Source of the DNA: a bacterium
GTDB taxonomy: Bacteria; Verrucomicrobiota; Kiritimatiellia; RFP12; UBA1067
Reading direction: 5' to 3'
Assembly: GCA_030537465.1 (NCBI GenBank)
Contig: JAUNMP010000004.1
Location: forward strand, 1-58,359
Length of the DNA: 58,359 bases
The position numbers were made by a program, and so were the translations under genes. The notes below the pieces were generated by a model. The model was given only the letters and a program-made list of their open reading frames with translations. It did not search any database and was not told the DNA's origin. Positions within the stretch are counted from its first letter, which is position 1. Every line of letters begins with the position of its first letter. Positions 9,465 to 18,616 of this stretch are shown here, one piece after another.

Positions 9465-10811
9465 CTACAGATCGAAGGAGGCCTTCGCGAAATCCATCAT
9501 CTGGCCGGTGCGGTAGAGGAAGTCGAGGGAGTTGTAGCGGTCGCGCATGTGCGCCGCCACGTTGACGCTCGCGAGCGAACCCTCGCGCGTCGCGCCGATC
9601 TCCTCGGGATGCACCGGGGCGCCCACGACGCGCAGACGGCGCTCGATCTCCCGAGCGGAGAGAAGCTGCTTCTCGAGACGGACCTTGATTTCGGGCCAGC
9701 GCGTCTTCGCGATCATGAGCTGCCGGCGGAGGCCGTCCTTGTCGAGGTACTTCGCCTTCGTCGTCGTCACGCCGACCTCCGGGAACGGGGTTCCTTCGAA
9801 GAGCTTGCGCGCGACGGCCTCCTCGGCCGGCCAGTCCGGCCACGCCGCCACGCACGCCTCGACATCAAGCTGCGTATAGTCGTAGGCGAGGATCTTCTCG
9901 TAGAGGCGGCACATGAAATACGTGTACACACCCACCTGGATGCCATGCGGCACGATGTCGCCCTTGTAGGTGTGGTTGTTCATCTCGAGAATGTGGCTGA
10001 ACATGTGCTCCGCGCCCGAGGCTGGACGCGAGCTCTGCATGTCCTGCATCGCGAAGCCACCGAGCATGAGCCCCTCGACGAACTTCGTGAGCGGCTCCGT
10101 CTCCATCGCGGCGACGCCCTCGGGATTCGAGAGCGCCTCGGGAAGGCCGTCCTGCACCGTATGCCACGCGCGGTCATGCCATTCGCACGCGCCCAGCTCG
10201 TAGGCGAGGATCCAGTCCGCACCCGCCGGCACCTTCGCGAGGAGATCGGCGAAACCGCTCGCCGCCATCCACTTCGGCGCCGTGCGCATCACGTCGAGGT
10301 CCGCCACGATCACACGCGGAGCAGGGCACGCATATGTCTTCTTCGCACCCTCGGGGGAGCGGATCGCCGCGCCAAAGCTCGAGTAGCCATCCACGCTCGC
10401 GGCCGTCGCGCACACCATGTAGGGGATGCCGATCTCGCCGCTTGCGAGCTTCGTCAGGTCGTTGACCACGCCCGAGCCCACCGCGACCGGAACGAGCGCG
10501 CCGCCCTTGGCGATCTCGGCCTTCAGGAATTCACGCACCTCGGCGGCGTAGTGGTAGTCCGCATGGAAGGTCCTGCCGTCCGGCTCAAGAATGTAGGTGA
10601 CCACTTCGATGCCCTTGGTCTTCAGCATCTCCGCGACCTTCTCGCCAGCCGCCGCCCACGTGCGCGGATCCGCAACCACCGCCGCGCGCGTCTCGCCCGG
10701 GAACCACTGGGCGAACAGCGGCGCCGTCTGGTCCAGCACGCCATCGCCGATCACGCACGCCTTCGTGTCCGTCGCATGCTTCAGAGCCTCTTCGATCATT
10801 TCCTTTGACAT
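9465..10811 (-). CDS. sn-glycerol-1-phosphate dehydrogenase (AraM/EgsA family)
   Basis: AVGSGVVNDLTK, TAASVDGYSS, SRPASGAEHMFSH and HGIQVG motifs. Confidence 0.88.
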   Translation of the reverse strand: MSKEMIEEALKHATDTKACVIGDGVLDQTAPLFAQWFPGETRAAVVADPRTWAAAGEKVAEMLKTKGIEVVTYILEPDGRTFHADYHYAAEVREFLKAEIAKGGALVPVAVGSGVVNDLTKLASGEIGIPYMVCATAASVDGYSSFGAAIRSPEGAKKTYACPAPRVIVADLDVMRTAPKWMAASGFADLLAKVPAGADWILAYELGACEWHDRAWHTVQDGLPEALSNPEGVAAMETEPLTKFVEGLMLGGFAMQDMQSSRPASGAEHMFSHILEMNNHTYKGDIVPHGIQVGVYTYFMCRLYEKILAYDYTQLDVEACVAAWPDWPAEEAVARKLFEGTPFPEVGVTTTKAKYLDKDGLRRQLMIAKTRWPEIKVRLEKQLLSAREIERRLRVVGAPVHPEEIGATREGSLASVNVAAHMRDRYNSLDFLYRTGQMMDFAKASFDL

Positions 10812-10842
10812 GTCAAACTTCCTTCCGTTAAGATCATCTCAA

Positions 10843-11973
10843 TTATACCACATTCGCCTCGCGAACAGACCTCGGAGCCAGAACCGCCGCGCCGACGAAG
10901 GCCGTGAACGGCGCGACAAGGACGAGCGCGAAACTTCCCACGAGCGTCTTGACAACCTCCGCCGAGACGAGGGTCGAATTGAGGAATTCGAGCGGAGGCG
11001 TGCCCTGGGCGGCGAAGACCATCAGCAGCGTGATGTAGCCGCCCGAGTAGGCGAGGAGCAGCGTCGTCGTCATCGTGCCCACCACGCTGCGGCCGATGCG
11101 CAGACCGGAGAGGAAGAGCTCCCGCCGCGGCAGACCGGGATTGTGGCGCGCCACCTCCTCGATGCCAGCCGCGATGTCCATCGCGAGATCCATCACGGCG
11201 CCGGACGAGGCCAGCACCATCGCACCCACGAAGACATCCGCGAGGTCCATCGACTCGTAGCCGGAGTTGAGCAGGGCCTGCACGAACGGCATCGTCGCGC
11301 CGTTGATGTTCATGAGCCACGAGAAGAGATGCGCGAGCACGAGGCCGAAGAACACGCCGAGCAGCGCACCCAGCGTCGCTGCGACGCCCTTCCGGGTAGG
11401 TCCTGCCACAAGGTACATGATCACCGCGGTGAGTACGCAGACCGCAGCGAAGGAGATCCAGCTCGCGGACCATCCCGCGAGCGACAGCGGTACAACCAAT
11501 TTCCAGACGACGAGACAGCTGAAGAGGAAGCTGAACAAGGCCTTCGCACCCGTCCAGCCCCCAAACACGCACAGGAGCAGACAGAAGGCCCCGAACATCA
11601 CGCCCATCCAGCCCAGTCGCCAATGGTCGCGCGCGACGAGCGTCTCCCCTGGTTTCGCGCCATTGGGCGGAATCACGACCACCGCCACATCGCCGACCCT
11701 GAACTGCTTGTCGACGTCCAACTGCGCACGGATCTCGTTGTTCGCGCGGAAGGTCTTCCCCTTCTCGGCGCCATCGAGCACCTCGACCTCAAGATGCTGG
11801 GATCCATAGTCGAGCACCCCGAGCTTCTGGACGTCCGAATCGTCAACCGCCGTCACGCGTGCACACGCGGGCGCTCCCTGCTCCACGGCGACGGTCCGTG
11901 CGGCAGGCATAAGCCACAATCCCACGCAGACAAGCGCAAGGACCAGCACGGGGATGGTGTTCCGTCGGCGCAT
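10843..11973 (-). CDS. YibE/F family membrane protein
   Basis: GAVMDLAM, SGLRIGRSVVGTMTTTLLLAYSG motifs; multi-TM. Confidence 0.9.
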   Translation of the reverse strand: MRRRNTIPVLVLALVCVGLWLMPAARTVAVEQGAPACARVTAVDDSDVQKLGVLDYGSQHLEVEVLDGAEKGKTFRANNEIRAQLDVDKQFRVGDVAVVVIPPNGAKPGETLVARDHWRLGWMGVMFGAFCLLLCVFGGWTGAKALFSFLFSCLVVWKLVVPLSLAGWSASWISFAAVCVLTAVIMYLVAGPTRKGVAATLGALLGVFFGLVLAHLFSWLMNINGATMPFVQALLNSGYESMDLADVFVGAMVLASSGAVMDLAMDIAAGIEEVARHNPGLPRRELFLSGLRIGRSVVGTMTTTLLLAYSGGYITLLMVFAAQGTPPLEFLNSTLVSAEVVKTLVGSFALVLVAPFTAFVGAAVLAPRSVREANVV

Positions 11974-11983
11974 GGATCCAGGC

Positions 11984-13396
11984 CTACTTCAGCAGGGCCT
12001 TGAGCCGGACCGCGATGTCCGTGTTCTCGAGGAATCCGGTGAAGTTCTCCGCGCCGCAGCCACCCGCGGTCGTCATCGTCGGCAGCGCGGTGTGGGCGCC
12101 GGAGCTCCAGCCCACGCCCGCATGGTTGGAGAGGATACGTCTGCAGGTCGCGGCGAACTGGCGGCGGCGCTGCACATCGTGTTTCGTCGTCTCCCTCTGC
12201 CGTGCCCTGACGAACTCGACGTCCTGCTTGAACGCCTTCTCCAGCTCCTTGACTTCTGCCGCGTTGAGCCGCAGCTGCTTCATCTCCTCTGTTGTGGCCT
12301 TTGCGGCATCGAACACGAGACCAAAGTTCTCCTCCACGAGCGGTTTCACCTCGTCGAACGTGAGGTTGATGTTCTGCTTCAGCATATTCGCGATGCGTTT
12401 CGAGAAGACCTCGGCGGAGCACTTCTGATTCGCGAGCAGCCCGACCTGGAACTTGTAGCCGAGCCCGGCGAATCCCATCGCCATGCCGCCCGTCTCATGG
12501 TCGCCCGTCACGATGACGAGCGTCTCGGCGGGATGCCGTTCCATGAACTTCACGGCAACCTTCACCGCCGCGTCCATCGAGATGATCTCGCGCAGTACCG
12601 CCGCCGCATCGTTTGCATGAGCGCAGTGGTCCACCTCGCCGCCCTCTGCCATGATGAAGAAACCGTCCGGCCCCTCCAGCAGCTCAACGGCCTTCGACAC
12701 CATCGCCGCGAGGTCGGGATACGTCTCCTCGCCGTCGATCGCAAACGCGAGACCGTAATCGGAGAACACGCCCCACGCCCTTCCACAGCCGGGCTTGAGT
12801 GCGGCAAAGGATGCCTTGTCGCGCGCGATCGTGAACCCATCCCTCTCGGCAAGCTTGAAGATGTTGCCACGATACTCGGCATGGGACTTGTCGTCGTACT
12901 TGTCATAGACGCCGCCTCCCGCAAAGAAGTCAAACTTCGACGCCAGCAGGTCCAGTGCGATGCCATAGCTGTCGCCACGGTTCGGACGATGCGCGTAGAA
13001 GCCGGCGGGGGTTGCATGGACGATTGGCACCGTTGTCATGATGCCAACCTTCATGCCGCGCTTCTTCGCGAACTCGGCCACGGACTCCAGGTGGCGACCG
13101 TCCGGCGCCACGCCGAGCGCACCGTTGTTCGCCTTCTCGCCGCAGGCGATCGCCGTCGCGGCCGCCGCGGAGTCAGTCACGATCGCATTCGCCGAGCGCG
13201 TGCGCGTGGAGCTCTGGTAACGGAGAGCGTTCATCGCGAGCGGGCCATAGCCGGATAGACGCGCAAACTCCTCCGTCGTCATCCGCTGAGGCATGGACAT
13301 GCCGTCGCCGATGAAGACGAACACATACTTCGGAGCCTCCGCACATACGGCGGCGGAGACGGCCAACAGACCGAGCAGCAGGTGGAACCTCATCAC
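11984..13396 (-). CDS. alkaline phosphatase
   Basis: signal peptide; FIGDGM, TDSAAAATA, HATPA, EGGEVD and GDHETGG motifs. Confidence 0.93.
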   Translation of the reverse strand: MMRFHLLLGLLAVSAAVCAEAPKYVFVFIGDGMSMPQRMTTEEFARLSGYGPLAMNALRYQSSTRTRSANAIVTDSAAAATAIACGEKANNGALGVAPDGRHLESVAEFAKKRGMKVGIMTTVPIVHATPAGFYAHRPNRGDSYGIALDLLASKFDFFAGGGVYDKYDDKSHAEYRGNIFKLAERDGFTIARDKASFAALKPGCGRAWGVFSDYGLAFAIDGEETYPDLAAMVSKAVELLEGPDGFFIMAEGGEVDHCAHANDAAAVLREIISMDAAVKVAVKFMERHPAETLVIVTGDHETGGMAMGFAGLGYKFQVGLLANQKCSAEVFSKRIANMLKQNINLTFDEVKPLVEENFGLVFDAAKATTEEMKQLRLNAAEVKELEKAFKQDVEFVRARQRETTKHDVQRRRQFAATCRRILSNHAGVGWSSGAHTALPTMTTAGGCGAENFTGFLENTDIAVRLKALLK

Positions 13397-13418
13397 TTTA
13401 TCGTCCTTCCTAGAAACA

Positions 13419-13446
13419 CGAAACCCGCGCCAAAGGCGCGGGTTCG
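13419..13446 (-). terminator. GC-rich hairpin downstream of tRNA-Cys, probable terminator
   Basis: aacccgcgcc-aaa-ggcgcgggtt inverted repeat, followed on the minus strand by a T-rich stretch. Confidence 0.6.
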
Positions 13447-13454
13447 CTTGTTAA

Positions 13455-13528
13455 TGGAGGTGGGAAGCGGAGTTGAACCGCTGTAAGCGGATTTGCAGTC
13501 CGCGACCTAACCGCTCGGCCATCCCACC
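13455..13528 (-). tRNA. tRNA-Cys(GCA)
   Basis: reverse complement GGTGGGATGGCCGAGCGGTTAGGTCGCGGACTGCAAATCCGCTTACAGCGGTTCAACTCCGCTTCCCACCTCCA folds as a cloverleaf with GCA anticodon and encoded CCA. Confidence 0.97.
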
Positions 13529-13543
13529 TAAAATCGAAAGACC

Positions 13544-13642
13544 TTACTTGGCCTTCTTCGCCGCGAGAAGCCGCGCGTTCAGGCGCTTGGCATAGGCCTT
13601 CCGGCGATTTCTCTTGGCACGCTGTCTAAGTTGCTGTCCCAT
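13544..13642 (-). CDS. small basic protein MGQQLRQRAKRNRRKAYAKRLNARLLAAKKAK (32 aa)
   Basis: translated by hand; fills the intergenic gap, has its own promoter, very K/R-rich. Confidence 0.65.
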   Translation of the reverse strand: MGQQLRQRAKRNRRKAYAKRLNARLLAAKKAK

Positions 13643-13680
13643 GGCGCGTTAGTTTATCAAAAAACCTGGCTCCCGCGCAA
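13643..13680 (-). promoter_or_regulatory. putative sigma70 promoter TTGCGC-N18-TAAACT with extended TG, 8 nt before ATG
   Basis: minus strand ttgcgc gggagccaggttttttga taaact aacgcgcc atg. Confidence 0.55.
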
Positions 13681-13686
13681 GCGGGA
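13671..13686 (-). terminator. short hairpin downstream of the DUF1080 gene
   Basis: tcccgc-gcaa-gcggga, followed on the minus strand by gccaggtttttt. Confidence 0.4.
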
Positions 13687-13698
13687 ATTTCAAGGAAT

Positions 13699-14550
13699 TT
13701 ACAGCTCGCGAATCTTGATGTTGCGGAAGCTCACGGTCGAGTCACCATGATCCTGGATCTTGATGCGGCCCACAGGCGTCTCACCCCAGTGTTCGCCTGG
13801 CTTCTGCTCCTTGACATACTTGGACTCGGCGACCGTCTTGCGGAAGGCCTCGCTGCCACGCTCGTACGTGATGAACTTCACGCCGTTCAGCCAGTGTTCG
13901 ACCACGTTGCCCTTCGCGACGATCTTCGCGGTGTTCCACTCGCCGAGCGGCTTGACTGCGGATTCGGCGTTCGCGGGGATCATATCGTAGAGCGACGCCA
14001 CACGGCGACACTTTCCATCGCGGCCCTTCGTTGAATCGGGATGCGCGGGATCAAGAATCTGATACTCCTCGCAAGTCCCCTTGAAGAGCTTCTGGTTGTA
14101 GAAGTACTTGATGCCGCTGTTAGCCGCCTTCGTGAGCCGGAAGTCCATCTTCAGCTCGAAGTCCTTGTAGTCCTTCACGGTCACCAGATCGCCACCACCG
14201 CCGAGGGCGGACTGTTCCGGCGGGAGCTTCTCCCACTTGCCCTGCTCGTTGATGCGGGAGTGCGGCAGCACCGTGAGGATGCCGTCCTCGATTTTCCAGC
14301 CCTTCTTCGGCGGCTCCGTGCAGCCAGTCTTCTCGCCCACCCAGCCGTCGAATGTCTTGCCGTCCCACAGCAGCTTCCAGCCGGCGGCCTTCTCGCAGTC
14401 CGAGAGCGTATTGGGCAACACGGCGCAGGCACTCGCCGCGCAGGTCTTCTTGTTCGAGCAGCGGCATTTCGCGTTGCAGCCGACGTCGTTCGTCATGCAG
14501 CCGGCGAGCGCAACGGCCGCCACCATTGGAATCAGGGTCTTCTTCATCAT
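13699..14550 (-). CDS. DUF1080 (3-keto-disaccharide hydrolase family) lipoprotein
   Basis: LAGC lipobox; GWKLLWDGK, ANSGIKY, EYQILD, GEWN, VEHWLNG, IQDHG and FRNIKIREL motifs. Confidence 0.9.
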   Translation of the reverse strand: MMKKTLIPMVAAVALAGCMTNDVGCNAKCRCSNKKTCAASACAVLPNTLSDCEKAAGWKLLWDGKTFDGWVGEKTGCTEPPKKGWKIEDGILTVLPHSRINEQGKWEKLPPEQSALGGGGDLVTVKDYKDFELKMDFRLTKAANSGIKYFYNQKLFKGTCEEYQILDPAHPDSTKGRDGKCRRVASLYDMIPANAESAVKPLGEWNTAKIVAKGNVVEHWLNGVKFITYERGSEAFRKTVAESKYVKEQKPGEHWGETPVGRIKIQDHGDSTVSFRNIKIREL

Positions 14551-14559
14551 GTTCTTTCC

Positions 14560-16011
14560 TTATTTGTTAAGTACCTCTCTCGTGGTCTTCACGAGATCTC
14601 TGAGATCGCCGGGCTTCTTACCCAGCGCGGCCTTGAGGTCGTACTTTGCGGCAAGCGCCTGGAGCTCATCCACGCGAACGCCCTTGGACTTGAGGATGTT
14701 GAACTTCTCGGCCTGCTGGATGCCGTTCAGCAGTTCCAGGAAGCGGGCGGACGGCGATCCATCCGGATAGACGAGGAACGTGTCCCCCGCGCGCCAGTTG
14801 CCATAGGAGGCATCGGCGCACGCGTCGAGCGGCCAGCTGTTCCACGCCCAGCGCAGGAGACCGTCGAGACCACACATCGCCGGATACGCACCGCACCAGA
14901 ACGCCTCGTCAAGCTCGCTGTCCATGAAGGTGTTCGGTTTCGCCGGTCCACAGCAGATGTAGTACGTCGTGACCTTGCCCTCCTTCTGGCGCTGCGGAAC
15001 TTCCGCGAGGAAACCCGGGGTCACGTGGCCGAGCGACTGCGAATAGCTGTCGATCACAATGCCCTTGAACTCGCTCGGCCTGCGGTTACCCGCCATCGCG
15101 ATCTTCATGCCGGGTGCAACCACCTGCATGAACTCGACCGTGTTGCGGAGGTCCTCCGGGCTGCGCTCGTCAAGCGAGATCAGCGTATCCTGGAACCAGC
15201 CCTTCTCCTTCAGGTGCGCCGCGAAGGCCTTGAGGAACGGGCCCCAGTACTCCTTGAAGAACGGCGTACCGGGCTTCGCCTCGGCCTTCTGCATCTTGCC
15301 ATCCTCGCCATACCAGCTCACCTTGTAGCCCCACGGGCACATCGTGTAGCAGGAAATGTGCGGACCCAGTCCGCACGTCCTGCCGAACTCGACGTACGCG
15401 TCGAACTGCGAGAAGTCGACCATGGTGGTGCCGTCTGCGCGGCGCGTGTACTTCACCATCGCCTCATAGCCATCCTGGCACTGGTGGTTCCAGGGGAGAT
15501 CGACGAGGGACACCGTCAGCGTCTTCTGCCCTGCCGAGGCGAGCAGCTTCCAGATCGGCTCCATCGCCGCGTAGTGCTCCTTCGAAAACGGCTTCACGCC
15601 CGCCGTGCGCGACACGGCCCACGGATGCTGCCAAAGATCGAGGTAGTACTTCCAATCCCTGGCCGGCGGCAGCACCTGGTCCACCACACGCACCTTCACG
15701 TCGCCGATCGCATAACAACCCGGCTTGGCATCCGCGGGGACCTGAACCTGGACGACCTTCGGCCCCTCCGCCTTCGAGTTCCATTCCACGCGATCCTTGG
15801 CAATCAGACGTTCCGTCGCCTTCGGCTTCGGGGCATATTTCACGTCGCGCGCCACGCCCGTCTTCACGACGAATCCCGCGGGCGCCGCCCCCACGGACTC
15901 ACCTGCCGGCAGCCACGCGCTCACCGTCTCGCCGCGCCACGCGGCCAGTTCAATCGCCCCTGCGGCGAACACGCCGCCCACAGCAGCGAACGTCATCAGC
16001 AGTCTATTCAT
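14560..16011 (-). CDS. GH123-like (DUF4091) beta-N-acetylgalactosaminidase
   Basis: signal peptide; LDLWQHPWAV, ISLDER catalytic DE pair, GLLRWAWNSW, AGDTFLVYP and SARF motifs. Confidence 0.82.
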   Translation of the reverse strand: MNRLLMTFAAVGGVFAAGAIELAAWRGETVSAWLPAGESVGAAPAGFVVKTGVARDVKYAPKPKATERLIAKDRVEWNSKAEGPKVVQVQVPADAKPGCYAIGDVKVRVVDQVLPPARDWKYYLDLWQHPWAVSRTAGVKPFSKEHYAAMEPIWKLLASAGQKTLTVSLVDLPWNHQCQDGYEAMVKYTRRADGTTMVDFSQFDAYVEFGRTCGLGPHISCYTMCPWGYKVSWYGEDGKMQKAEAKPGTPFFKEYWGPFLKAFAAHLKEKGWFQDTLISLDERSPEDLRNTVEFMQVVAPGMKIAMAGNRRPSEFKGIVIDSYSQSLGHVTPGFLAEVPQRQKEGKVTTYYICCGPAKPNTFMDSELDEAFWCGAYPAMCGLDGLLRWAWNSWPLDACADASYGNWRAGDTFLVYPDGSPSARFLELLNGIQQAEKFNILKSKGVRVDELQALAAKYDLKAALGKKPGDLRDLVKTTREVLNK

Positions 16012-16058
16012 ATCAGTGTGCCTCTCGTCGTCAGTATACCATAAATGCCACGCACGCC

Positions 16059-17171
16059 TCACAGCTTCGCGAGAATCTCGCGGATGGACCGCTCGCGGGC
16101 CTCGATCGCCTCGCAGAGGCGGAACTGCACGCGGGCGCGGTTGAGGTTCTGCCCAGGCTGGCGAACCTTGAAGTACTTGTCGCCCGCGAGGTAGTCCTGG
16201 AAGAAACGCAACCCCAGCTCAAACGGCAACAATCGGATCGCATCGTAGAGATAGGCACGTTCTGCATCAGTCATGAACGAGCCGGCCTCCTTCAGATAGC
16301 CTTTCATGAATGCCAGGAACAGGTTCTCGTCGAAGGTGACTTTCCCGAGATTGAGTTCCTCCTCGCCCGCGGGATTACAGATGGAGCGGACTGCGTCGCC
16401 GACATCGACGTGCATGAGACCCGGCGAGACGGTGTCAAGGTCGATCATCGCCGTGCCCTTGCCGGTGAAGTCGTCGATCATGATGTTGTTCACCTTTGGG
16501 TCCCCGTGGAACATGCGCTTGCACAGTTCGCCAGAGGCTTCGGCCTTCTCGAGGGAGACGGCGAATTCGCGACGCTCCTCGATGTACTTGGCGAGCCGCT
16601 TCGCCTCCATCGATGCGCCAAGGATCTCCCGGGCGGTCGCGCACATGAGCGTCTCGTCATACTGGGCGAGATAGCCACTCGTGACATGGAAACCAGGCAG
16701 CGGATCCTGGATGCTGTCAGGGTCCATGTCTGAGACAAGGTAGTGGAAATGCCCGAGCGCCGCACCGCACTCGAGGGCGTGCTCGGGGCTCTGGGCCGTG
16801 TCAAACGCGTGCGCGGAGAGGATGCGCGTGATGACGCGCCACACGTCGCCATTCTCGTCCGTCACGAAGTCGGCCCCATCCTTTGTCCGGATGATGCGCG
16901 GCATCTGCCAGACGCGGTCGTCGCGGTCGGTCTTCGCGTCCGCCTCGAGCTTCTCGTGGCAGTGGAGGGTGATGTTGTGCATGTTCCGCATAATCGCCTC
17001 GGGCTGCGTGAACACGGAGCGATTCACGCGCTGGAGGATCACCTGCGTCTCGGTGAACGTGTTGCGGAAGACGGCGAGGAAGGTGTCGTTGATGTTGCCG
17101 TTTCCAAACGGCACGAGCGTGACGAGACGTCCCTTGATGTTGAACTGGTTGATGAGCAATGCGAGTTCCAT
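16059..17171 (-). CDS. APH/choline-kinase superfamily phosphotransferase, N-acetylhexosamine 1-kinase (NahK)-like
   Basis: GNGNINDTF, ILQRVN, HGDPKVNN, IDLDT and ELGLRFFQDYL motifs. Confidence 0.82.
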   Translation of the reverse strand: MELALLINQFNIKGRLVTLVPFGNGNINDTFLAVFRNTFTETQVILQRVNRSVFTQPEAIMRNMHNITLHCHEKLEADAKTDRDDRVWQMPRIIRTKDGADFVTDENGDVWRVITRILSAHAFDTAQSPEHALECGAALGHFHYLVSDMDPDSIQDPLPGFHVTSGYLAQYDETLMCATAREILGASMEAKRLAKYIEERREFAVSLEKAEASGELCKRMFHGDPKVNNIMIDDFTGKGTAMIDLDTVSPGLMHVDVGDAVRSICNPAGEEELNLGKVTFDENLFLAFMKGYLKEAGSFMTDAERAYLYDAIRLLPFELGLRFFQDYLAGDKYFKVRQPGQNLNRARVQFRLCEAIEARERSIREILAKL

Positions 17172-17182
17172 CTGTTTTCTCC

Positions 17183-18616
17183 CTAGCGAAGTGGTTTCAT
17201 GTACATGAGGCAGTGGGAAATCGTCCACGCCCATTCCGCGGGCATCCGCTTAAGCTCGTGGCCCGCGCCCCAGCTATCCGTGTAGATCACTTCCTTCTTC
17301 TTGTCGTTGTAGCCGATGATGAGGCGCATGTGGCCACCCCTCGCCTGGGGAATGTCTGGCTCGGGGTACGTCCCGAGCGTCACTCCCCAGAAGAGCGGAA
17401 TTCCCTTGTTCACCTGATCATGCACATCCTTCAGGAAGCGGGTGAACTTCGACCGCTGGGCCCCGTTCACCTTCATGTCGCGAAGGACCTCGGCATCCAT
17501 AGCCTCGTCGACCGCGGCGGGACTGAAGATGGTCATATTGCCCTGATGACGCACGTAGACGCTCTCGGCGATTTCCTTCTTCTTCAGTTTCTTCGCCGCC
17601 TTGTTGTAGTTCGCGACCTCCTTCACGAGGCCCTCGATGCGTTCGTTGGTGGGTTTCTCGAAGTCACCATAGGTGACGACCGTTCCGAGCTTGTACTTCT
17701 TGCCAATCGCCTGCACAGAGTCCTTCATGCCCCGCGTGGAGGTCCCCGTCTCCGCGGACGAGCCTGCGGCCTGCGCGATTTCGTGTTCGTCGACGTCGAC
17801 GCCATAGTAGCGCAGCACGCGCTCGGACGTCGCAACGGCACAATAGCCCTTCTGGCCCTGATCAACCATCGGGACATTGTCGATGAACACATCCCCACGC
17901 GGGTCATGGATAACGTTGTCGACAATCTTCTTCGCACCCTTCGCAGCGTTCGCGAGCCCGATCCCCGCCCGCTTCCCACCGGCGGCAAGCCGATCTGGCC
18001 CGTCCACGGCCAGACGTACGAACCCCGGCTCGAACGTGTCCTTACGATTGCCCTTCTGAGTGTAGTTCCACGTCAGCTTTGCAACGGTCGGGATCGCCGT
18101 CTTCGGCCACGTCTGGGACTTCTGGACAACATTGGGCTTTGCGACGCGATCTGTCTCCATCTCGGGGCTCTTTGCGCCACTCGGGGTCAGCTTGTCACGC
18201 ACGTCCTTCATCATCTGGACAAATTCATCCCGGGAGATCGTCTTATCCGTCCGGACACGACGCCGCAGCTTGTGTCCGTCCCCTGTGCTGATGATCTCCT
18301 CGCGTTCCGTGCCCGCGGTCGCGAAGAGCATCAGCTCCACGCGCGAAATCCCGCCCGCCTCGCCAAAAGAGACCTTCGTCTCATAAACGGGCGTGCCATG
18401 GAAGACCACCGCGCCGTCCAGGCGCGTGTCGGCCCCCTCGCGGCTGCCGGACGTGAACTGGAATCCCTGCTTCTCATGCCGCTTCACGAACAGCACGGGG
18501 TCTGACTTCCAGAAGGACTCCTCCCCAAGATCCTTCCCGATGTCATAGGCATTCTCGTCAGCGGCGAGAGCCGCGACCATGGCCGCGAGCGCGACCAACA
18601 GCATTCTTCTTCTCAT
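17183..18616 (-). CDS. secreted C39-like (papain-fold) peptidase
   Basis: signal peptide; DQGQKGYC, GHMRLIIGY and YTDSWG give a Q/C/H/D catalytic set. Confidence 0.8.
   Translation of the reverse strand: MRRRMLLVALAAMVAALAADENAYDIGKDLGEESFWKSDPVLFVKRHEKQGFQFTSGSREGADTRLDGAVVFHGTPVYETKVSFGEAGGISRVELMLFATAGTEREEIISTGDGHKLRRRVRTDKTISRDEFVQMMKDVRDKLTPSGAKSPEMETDRVAKPNVVQKSQTWPKTAIPTVAKLTWNYTQKGNRKDTFEPGFVRLAVDGPDRLAAGGKRAGIGLANAAKGAKKIVDNVIHDPRGDVFIDNVPMVDQGQKGYCAVATSERVLRYYGVDVDEHEIAQAAGSSAETGTSTRGMKDSVQAIGKKYKLGTVVTYGDFEKPTNERIEGLVKEVANYNKAAKKLKKKEIAESVYVRHQGNMTIFSPAAVDEAMDAEVLRDMKVNGAQRSKFTRFLKDVHDQVNKGIPLFWGVTLGTYPEPDIPQARGGHMRLIIGYNDKKKEVIYTDSWGAGHELKRMPAEWAWTISHCLMYMKPLR

Noticed and set aside
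13455-13700. tRNA-Cys as an integration site for an island
   Set aside because: No integrase and no duplicated tRNA 3' end seen
18558-18616. 59-bp overlap of the rnr 3' end with the peptidase start
   Set aside because: Encodes the low-complexity basic tail typical of RNase R; ordinary operon overlap
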